The notes below the pieces were generated by a model. It ran no database searches. It was not told the origin of the DNA and worked only from the letters and a program-made list of their open reading frames with translations. From assembly GCA_016196755.1 (NCBI GenBank), contig JACPXC010000062.1:45043-109042 (forward strand): DNA of 64,000 bases, read 5' to 3'. Below, in pieces: positions 58,140 through 64,000 of this stretch. The position numbers were made by a program, and so were the translations under genes. The DNA comes from Elusimicrobiota bacterium (GTDB lineage Bacteria > Elusimicrobiota > Elusimicrobia > UBA1565). The stretch's first letter is position 1. Each line of letters starts with the position of its first letter.

Positions 58140-59120
58140 GTGGTGGCGGCCTTTCTTTTCCCCCTCCTTTCCCTGATAGCATGCTCTCACGCCCTGGCCG
58201 CCGACCCGTTGGCCCTTCCCGTCGGCCAAGCCCAGCGGGCGGTGGCCGCCGCGCAGGACGACGAGTCGCGCCGCTATAGGTTCATCGACCAGTCCGCCTG
58301 GTACTTGTGCAAGAACCAAGGCGGCGACACGGGCCGCAACTCGATCCCCCTGGAGACGTTCATCAAGCAGCGCCAGGGAGACTGCACGGATTTCATCGGC
58401 GCCGTCCTGGAAGGGTTGGACCTGCGCGGCGCCGCCTTGGACGGGGCCGACCTCAACTACGCCCGCCTGGCCAAGACCCAGCTGCGCGGCGCTCGCCTGA
58501 AGTACGCCAACGCGAACTACGCGCGCTTCGAGGCTGCCGACCTGCGCGCCGCGCACGGCGAAGGCGCGCGCTTCGTGGGGACGGTTCTCGAAAGAGCCGA
58601 CATGGAGCAGGCCGTGCTCGACGGCGCGGTATTCGTCTCCGCCGACATGACCGGGACGAACCTCAAGGAGGCCTCGCTCGAGGAGGCCGTGTTCCGGGGC
58701 GCGCGGATGATCGGCGCGCGCCTGGGCAGCGCCAAGCTCACGCGCGCGGTCTTCACGGGCGCGGACCTGACCGGCGCCGCGTTCGCCAACGCCGCCCTGC
58801 GCGGAGCGGACTTCTCGCGCGCGGAGCTCGCCGGGGCGGGCTTTCAGGCCGCCGACCTGCGCGACGCTCATTTCTACGCTGTGGTGTTCCAGAAGACCGA
58901 CCTCTCGCGCGCCGACCTGCGCGGGGCCAATCTTAGCGACGCCGTCTTCAAGAGCGGCAGCTTCGAGGGGGCCGACCTGCGCGGCGCCGTACTCTCCGGC
59001 GCCGACCTGAGCGGGGCGGTCCTGACCGGCGTCGAGCTCGAGGGCGCCACATACGACTACAAGACCAAGCTCCCCTTCGGCGACTACAAGGCCAAGCGCC
59101 TTAAGCTGGTCAAGAAGTAA
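58140..59120 (+). CDS. Pentapeptide-repeat lipoprotein
   Basis: GTG start, lipobox LIAC, long array of A(D/N)LxG pentapeptide repeats. Confidence 0.75.
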   Translation: MVAAFLFPLLSLIACSHALAADPLALPVGQAQRAVAAAQDDESRRYRFIDQSAWYLCKNQGGDTGRNSIPLETFIKQRQGDCTDFIGAVLEGLDLRGAALDGADLNYARLAKTQLRGARLKYANANYARFEAADLRAAHGEGARFVGTVLERADMEQAVLDGAVFVSADMTGTNLKEASLEEAVFRGARMIGARLGSAKLTRAVFTGADLTGAAFANAALRGADFSRAELAGAGFQAADLRDAHFYAVVFQKTDLSRADLRGANLSDAVFKSGSFEGADLRGAVLSGADLSGAVLTGVELEGATYDYKTKLPFGDYKAKRLKLVKK

Positions 59121-59123
59121 GTC

Positions 59124-59951
59124 CTACCGCCTCTGCACCGGGTGCCTGACGTTCTCGCAGGTGTTCTTGAACAGCGTCTCCCCGAAGCGCTGGACGCAGG
59201 TCCGCGTGCATGAGACGCAGGTCAGGTAGGCCTCGGCGCGCCCGAAGCCTCGGTCGGAGACGGCGTCGGGGCCGCGCAGCGCCTGGCTGAAGTTTCCGAG
59301 ACAGTCGGCCCGGCATAGCGAGCTCTGTCCCCCCCGGCCCAGCTCGGCGCCGAGCCAGCGGCTGGCCTGGATGAGGACGGCCCGGCCGCGCTGGTCGGTC
59401 ATCGCCAGGTGCTCGCGAAACGGGATCACCCCGCCCTCGAGGCGGCCCAAGGCCGGGTCGAGGCTGAAGCAGGCCCCGTCGGCGTCGACCGCCCCCGCCA
59501 CCCAATGAGCGCCCCATTCGACCTCGTTGCGGGTCGCCCCGCCGACCCCCGGCGAGAGGTCCTGGCTGCCGTCGCGGTTGTAGAGGAGGAGGTAGGCCCC
59601 GTGATAGCCGCAGGTTGCGCGCATGCGCTGAAGGATCACCACAGCCCGCAGGTCACAGGTGTCCTCGGTGAAATGGATGTTGCCGCCCTCTCGGATGAAG
59701 CCCCGGACGACGCCGCGGATGCAGGTCATCTGCTCGGGCGTGGCGCGCGCCACGTGGTAGCGGATGTGGCCGCAGTGGAGTTCCTGGCCTTCGGTTCCGC
59801 CTTCGACCGGCGTATGGACCGGCTCGGGGCCGGGGGCGGTGGGGCGGCGGTGGAAGGTCATGCCGGGAGGGAGGCGCCAAGAGTCCTCGGCGGCGGAGGG
59901 CGCGGCGAAAGGCAGAAGACCGGCAAGGAGCAGCGCGCTGGGAATACTCAT
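59124..59951 (-). CDS. Secreted Cys-rich hypothetical protein
   Basis: Signal peptide MSIPSALLLAGLLPFAAPSAA and 14 Cys. No family recognised. Confidence 0.35.
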   Translation of the reverse strand: MSIPSALLLAGLLPFAAPSAAEDSWRLPPGMTFHRRPTAPGPEPVHTPVEGGTEGQELHCGHIRYHVARATPEQMTCIRGVVRGFIREGGNIHFTEDTCDLRAVVILQRMRATCGYHGAYLLLYNRDGSQDLSPGVGGATRNEVEWGAHWVAGAVDADGACFSLDPALGRLEGGVIPFREHLAMTDQRGRAVLIQASRWLGAELGRGGQSSLCRADCLGNFSQALRGPDAVSDRGFGRAEAYLTCVSCTRTCVQRFGETLFKNTCENVRHPVQRR

Positions 59952-60100
59952 GCCTTACTCTAAACGTGATCGGCGTCTGCTGCCCCTAAAATAGACCTTA
60001 AGCAGAAAAAGCTTATTCTAGAATGATTAATCAAATGACAGGCACCCCACATCACCCGGCATTAAGACAACCCGGAGCTGACTGGGGTGTTAAATAGCAC

Positions 60101-60601
60101 CTAATAGAAGCCGCGGATCAGGCCACGGACTTTGCCTAGTGGGACGAAGGGCTGGGGCTGGCCGTCGGCGTCGAGCCAAGAGGCGGAGTCCTTGGACTCG
60201 TCGCGGTTGTCGCCGAGGACGAAGAGGTGCTGGCGCGGGACGGGCAGGGGGCCGAGGTTGTCGCCCTTGAGGGCCTCGCCGGCGCGCTTGTGGCGGGCGT
60301 AGGACTCGTCGAGCGGCTTGCCGTCGATGAGGACCAGCTTCTGGCGCAGCTCCACCGTCTCGCCGCCCACGGCGATGACGCGCTTGACCAGTTCCTCATC
60401 CTCGGGGCCTCGGAAGGCGATGATGTCGCCGCGGCGCGGATCGCGGAACTGGAAGGTGAGCTTGTCGAGGACGAGGTGCGTCCCTACCTCGAGGGTGGGC
60501 TCCATCGACCCGGAGGCGATGTAGATCCCCTCGCCGACCCAGGCGCGCAGGGCCAAAGCGCCGAGGACTCCGAGGACGACGAGGTAGATGATGCGGCTCA
60601 C
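60101..60601 (-). CDS. lepB: Signal peptidase I
   Basis: Catalytic Ser motif SGSMEPTL, Lys box KRVIAVGGE, GDNRDES. Confidence 0.9.
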   Translation of the reverse strand: MSRIIYLVVLGVLGALALRAWVGEGIYIASGSMEPTLEVGTHLVLDKLTFQFRDPRRGDIIAFRGPEDEELVKRVIAVGGETVELRQKLVLIDGKPLDESYARHKRAGEALKGDNLGPLPVPRQHLFVLGDNRDESKDSASWLDADGQPQPFVPLGKVRGLIRGFY

Positions 60602-61218
60602 GCGCGTTCGAGCAGGGAGACGAGGCAGGACGGGGTGATGTCGCCGTCGCGGGCCGAGACCACGGTCTCGGAGACCAGGCGAAAGCCCCGGGCCTCGAAG
60701 CGCGCGCGGTAGTGCTCGCGGCGCGCGCGCTCGGCCGGGTCGGCGAAGCCGTGGGCGAGCAGGAGCCTCCCCCCCGCCCAGGCCGCCATGCGCTCCAGGG
60801 CCTCCTCGAACTCCTCCTGCACGAGCGGCTTGTCGAGGTAGTAGAGTACCTCGCCCAAGACGACCAGGTCGAAGGGCGCGCCGGCGCCGTCCCAGACCCG
60901 GACGTCGCCCAGATGGAAGCTCACACCCAAGCCGGTCGTCGCCTCGCGCGCCCGGGCCAAGGCCACCGGCGAGAGCTCGAGTGCGGTCACCGCGACGGAG
61001 AACGCCGCCATGCGCCGCGTGAAGTGCCCCTCGGCGGCGCCGACCTCCAGCGCGTTCTTGTAGCGCCGCCCCGCCACCGCCTTCTCCATCGCGTCGAGGC
61101 GCGCGGTCTCGTAGGGCGAGGCCGCGTAGCGGTAGGGGTCCTTGCCGCGCCCGAAGACGCGGTCCATCTTGCGCCTGACCGTCCAGCGGTGCCAGGCAAG
61201 GCGCAGGGCCTTGAGCAT
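60598..61218 (-). CDS. Class I SAM-dependent methyltransferase (NodS-like)
   Basis: Motif I LEVGAAEGHFT, acidic post-I residue, Rossmann fold. Confidence 0.6.
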   Translation of the reverse strand: MLKALRLAWHRWTVRRKMDRVFGRGKDPYRYAASPYETARLDAMEKAVAGRRYKNALEVGAAEGHFTRRMAAFSVAVTALELSPVALARAREATTGLGVSFHLGDVRVWDGAGAPFDLVVLGEVLYYLDKPLVQEEFEEALERMAAWAGGRLLLAHGFADPAERARREHYRARFEARGFRLVSETVVSARDGDITPSCLVSLLERA

Positions 61219-61997
61219 CAGGCCGCCGCCTTGAGCGCGCGGGTCAAGGCCGCGAACTGGGCCAACGAAATCGTCTCGGCCCGCGCCGTAGGCTCGATGC
61301 CGCTGGTCGAGAACGCCGCGTCGACCGTGGGACGCGGCAGGTTCAGGGCCGAGGCCAGGAGCTTGGCCGCCATCTTGCGGCGCTGGGAGAAGGCGGAGTG
61401 GATGACGCGGTTGAACTCCCCCTCGGTCAGCCCCTCGGGCAGGCGCGGCGCCTTGAGCCGAGTCAGGCGCACCACGCCCGAGTCCACCTTCGGCATGGGC
61501 CTAAACGCCTCCGCCGGCACGTCGATCATGTACTCGGCGTCGGCCCTGAGCTGGACGGCCAAGGTCAGCGTGCCGTAGTCCCGGGTCCCCGGTTCGGAGA
61601 CCAGGCGCAGGGCCACCTCTTTCTGGAACATGAGCACCGCGGTCTCCCAGGCCGGCCATTCGAGGAGCTTGAGCATGATGGGGGTCCCCACCGCGTAGGG
61701 CAGGTTCGAGACGATGGTGCAAGGCGACGGCAGGGAGGCCAGGTCGAGGCGCAGGAAGTCCGCGCAGACCATGCTCAGGGAGGCGTCCTTGAGGCGGTCG
61801 GGCAGGGAATGGGCCAGCCGGGAATCGATCTCCACGGCGGTGACCTTGGCGCCTAGAAAAAGCATGCGCTGGGTGAGCACGCCGCGGCCCGGGCCGATCT
61901 CGACGACCGTGGTCCCCGGCCGGATGCCGGCGGCGCCGACGATGGCGTCGGCCGCCGCGGGGTCGGCGAGGAAGTGCTGGTCGAGCCGGGCGCCCAT
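61218..61997 (-). CDS. rsmA: 16S rRNA (adenine1518/1519-N6)-dimethyltransferase
   Basis: VVEIGPGRGVLT and NLPY motifs of the KsgA/Dim1 family. Confidence 0.9.
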   Translation of the reverse strand: MGARLDQHFLADPAAADAIVGAAGIRPGTTVVEIGPGRGVLTQRMLFLGAKVTAVEIDSRLAHSLPDRLKDASLSMVCADFLRLDLASLPSPCTIVSNLPYAVGTPIMLKLLEWPAWETAVLMFQKEVALRLVSEPGTRDYGTLTLAVQLRADAEYMIDVPAEAFRPMPKVDSGVVRLTRLKAPRLPEGLTEGEFNRVIHSAFSQRRKMAAKLLASALNLPRPTVDAAFSTSGIEPTARAETISLAQFAALTRALKAAA

Positions 61998-63397
61998 CAG
62001 GAGTCGGAGAGCGTGCCGCCCTCGAGGCGGCGCAGGAGGTCGGCCCCCACCTTCCAGACGTCCCCCGCCCCCAAGGTCAGGACCACGTCCCCGGCGGCCA
62101 GCTCGCAGGCCAGGTCCACGGCCCGCGTGAACGGCCGCGCGGCCACGCCGGCCCGCCGCGCGGCGCCGATGATGAGCCCGGAGGACACCCCGCGGATCGG
62201 CTTCTCGCCCGCGGCGTAGACGGGGAGGACGTAGGCCGCGTCCGCGCCCTTGAGCGCCGGGCCGAACTGGCGCCAGAGCTGGCGGGTCCGCGTGTAGCGG
62301 TGGGGCTGGAACACGACGACCAGGCGGCGGCCCTTGGCGAAGGAACCGCGCATCGCGGCCAAGGTGGCGCGCACCTCAGTGGGATGGTGGCCGTAGTCGT
62401 CGATGAAGAGGACGCCGCGCGCCGAGCCGAGGCGCTCCAGACGCCGGCCCACGCCGCGGAAATCCGAGAGCCCCTTGGCCACCTTCTTAGGCGCGCAGCC
62501 GATGAAGTCCGCGGCCGCGGCCGCGGCCAGGGCGTTTAAGGCATTGTGCCGGCCCGGCACGCGCAGGTCGAGCGTGCCCCAGCGCCGGCCGTGCTTCTTC
62601 ACCTCGAGCCGCTGCGCCGCCTTGCCCGAAAGGGCGGGCAGGACCTTGCCGCGCCAGTCGGCGGCGCGGTCCAGGGCGTAGGTGAGGACAGGCCGACCGG
62701 CGGCGCGCGCTGCCGCCACGGCGTTGGCGTCCTCGCCGCAGACCACGGCCAGGCCATAGAACGGCAGGCGCCCCAGGTGCTCCCGGAACGCCGCCTTGAG
62801 GTTTTCCATCGTGCCGTAGTGGTCGAGATGGTCGTCGTCGATGTTGGTGACCACGGCCACCAGCGGGAAGAGACTCAGGAAGGAGCCGTCGGACTCGTCG
62901 GCTTCGGCCACCAGGTAGTCGCCCAGCCCGACACGGGCGTTAGCACCCATCAGGTTCGCCACCTGCCCGCCGACCACGACCGTCGGATCGACGCCGGCGG
63001 CCTGCAGGGCCATGCCCACCATGGCCGTCGTCGTGGTCTTGCCGTGCGAGCCGGCCACCGTGATGGTCTTCTTAAGGCGCGCCAGCTCGGCCAGCATCGC
63101 CACGCGCGGCACCACCGGGACGCCATGCGCGCGGGCCCAGCGCGCCTCGGGGTTCTCCGCGGCCACCGCCGAGCTCACCACCACGACCTCGGCGCCCGCG
63201 GCGTGCGCGGCGCGGTGGCCGAGATGGACCTTGGCGCCGGCCCGGCGCAGGCGCCGGGTCAGCTCGGTGTCCTTTAAGTCCGAGCCCGAGACCGAGAAGC
63301 CGAGGTTGAGGAGCACCTGGGCGATCCCGCTCATGCCGACGCCGCCGATGCCGACGAAATGGACCCGGCGCACGAACTGCCGCATGGGCTCTTTCAT
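61997..63397 (-). CDS. murC: UDP-N-acetylmuramate--L-alanine ligase
   Basis: HFVGIGGVGMSGIA, GSHGKTTTT P-loop, Mur ligase middle and C-terminal domains. Start at ATG 63397 with RBS AGGGAG. Confidence 0.9.
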   Translation of the reverse strand: MKEPMRQFVRRVHFVGIGGVGMSGIAQVLLNLGFSVSGSDLKDTELTRRLRRAGAKVHLGHRAAHAAGAEVVVVSSAVAAENPEARWARAHGVPVVPRVAMLAELARLKKTITVAGSHGKTTTTAMVGMALQAAGVDPTVVVGGQVANLMGANARVGLGDYLVAEADESDGSFLSLFPLVAVVTNIDDDHLDHYGTMENLKAAFREHLGRLPFYGLAVVCGEDANAVAAARAAGRPVLTYALDRAADWRGKVLPALSGKAAQRLEVKKHGRRWGTLDLRVPGRHNALNALAAAAAADFIGCAPKKVAKGLSDFRGVGRRLERLGSARGVLFIDDYGHHPTEVRATLAAMRGSFAKGRRLVVVFQPHRYTRTRQLWRQFGPALKGADAAYVLPVYAAGEKPIRGVSSGLIIGAARRAGVAARPFTRAVDLACELAAGDVVLTLGAGDVWKVGADLLRRLEGGTLSDS

Positions 63398-64000
63398 TTG
63401 GCTCCCTGCGCCGGCGCCCGCTTGAGCCACTCGAGTCCCTCGGCGGCCGCTTTGTTCTTGGGGTTGATGCCCAGGGCCTTCGTGTAGGCCTCGATGGCCC
63501 CGGCCTCATCGCCGCGGATGACCATGGCCACGCCGCGGCCCAGGAAGGCCAGTTCGCTCTTGGGGTCGAGCAGGAGCGCGCGCTCGAAGGCCTGGGCGGC
63601 GGCCCCCGCGTCGCCGAGCGCGGAATGGCCGATGCCGAGCACCACCTGCCAGAGCGCGGGGTCGGCGGAGGACGGAGCGGAGTCCTCGAGGACCTCCTCG
63701 ATGAGGTTCATCCAGCCCGTGCCCATGACCCACAGGCCGAGGTCGTTGCCCACGTCGCGCGGCTGGTAGGCCACCTTGGGCTTGTCGGCGGCGTCGCCGC
63801 CGCCGGGGGCGGCCGAGGGCCGGTCGCTGAACTTGAGGTTCATGCCGACCCGGGTCTCGGCGTCGGCCGGGGCCTGGGCCAGGGCCTTCTTCAAGTCATC
63901 GAGGACCTGCCAGATCCGGGCCTGGCGCTCCTCAGGAGAGGCGGGCGGCAGAGAGTATTCCCGGTGTCCGCCGGAGACCGGCGGCTCGGGCGGCTTGCCG
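63394..64000 (-). CDS. TPR-repeat protein (C-terminal part; N-terminus beyond window end)
   Basis: The frame stays open to nt 64000 upstream of the listed ORF. TPR-like helical repeats (AQAFERALLLDPKSELAFLGRGVAMVIRGDEAGAIEAYTKALGINPKN). Confidence 0.55.
   Translation of the reverse strand, partial: GKPPEPPVSGGHREYSLPPASPEERQARIWQVLDDLKKALAQAPADAETRVGMNLKFSDRPSAAPGGGDAADKPKVAYQPRDVGNDLGLWVMGTGWMNLIEEVLEDSAPSSADPALWQVVLGIGHSALGDAGAAAQAFERALLLDPKSELAFLGRGVAMVIRGDEAGAIEAYTKALGINPKNKAAAEGLEWLKRAPAQGAK

Noticed and set aside
59952-60100. Moderately AT-rich 150-nt spacer upstream of lepB as a possible small RNA or mobile-element end
   Set aside because: No repeats, hairpins, or similarity to the REP units or the 40-nt direct repeats were found. 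It is best explained as a promoter region for lepB and the divergent Cys-rich protein gene.

Overview
This is a very GC-rich bacterial chromosomal segment, most likely from an uncultivated lineage. Genes are tightly packed and many adjacent pairs overlap by 4 nt (ATGA/TTGA/GTGA) or more. Contents, 5' to 3':

- **1-3.2 kb:** a partial FG-GAP repeat secreted protein coupled to a PorV/FadL-type outer-membrane barrel.
- **3.3-7.2 kb:** a TPR lipoprotein, a histidine kinase, and two response regulators; the second is a pseudo-receiver OmpR-type protein. An IS200-like Y1 (RAYT-type) transposase with a C-terminal DnaA-like HTH converges on and overlaps that second regulator. The whole 2-kb segment is bracketed by inverted REP-like repeats built on a TGTTGCG heptamer.
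- **7.2-8.2 kb:** tRNA-Ser(GGA) with a terminator, then an AT-rich AbrB-type antitoxin / VapC toxin module.
- **8.2-16.2 kb:** a type IV pilin gene with a prepilin peptidase, set among three GT-C membrane glycosyltransferases and a Wzy_C/TPR protein. tRNA-Leu(CAG) and smpB also lie here.
- **16.2-18.8 kb:** an outer-membrane barrel, coaX and mdh.
- **18.8-41 kb:** a ~22-kb surface-glycan locus. It has a WbaP-like initiating transferase, GT2/GT4/GT8/GT9-type transferases, an epimerase, an MBOAT O-acetylation pair, Wzm/Wzt with a WbdD-like kinase-methyltransferase terminator, three methyltransferases and a SPASM plus B12 radical-SAM pair.
- **39.3-55 kb:** a long co-directional minus-strand array with a methylmalonyl-CoA pathway (pccB-like, mce, meaB, split mcm). 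PilB and a GAF-HD-GYP protein are inserted between the mutase subunits.
- **49.2-53.8 kb:** a small accessory patch. It contains DUF192 with a duplicated 5' end, a 53-aa basic ORF with an 18-bp perfect palindrome, a sorting-domain gene remnant, a DUF433/DUF5615 pair, an S8 protease, and a COG1373 ATPase with a 99-aa partner.
- **54.4-64 kb:** housekeeping genes efp, lepB, rsmA, murC, a HEAT-repeat protein and a pentapeptide lipoprotein.

No CRISPR arrays, rRNA genes or integrases were seen. The ORF track lists many long antisense ORFs that are high-GC artefacts and have been ignored. Coordinates derived by hand may be off by a few nucleotides.
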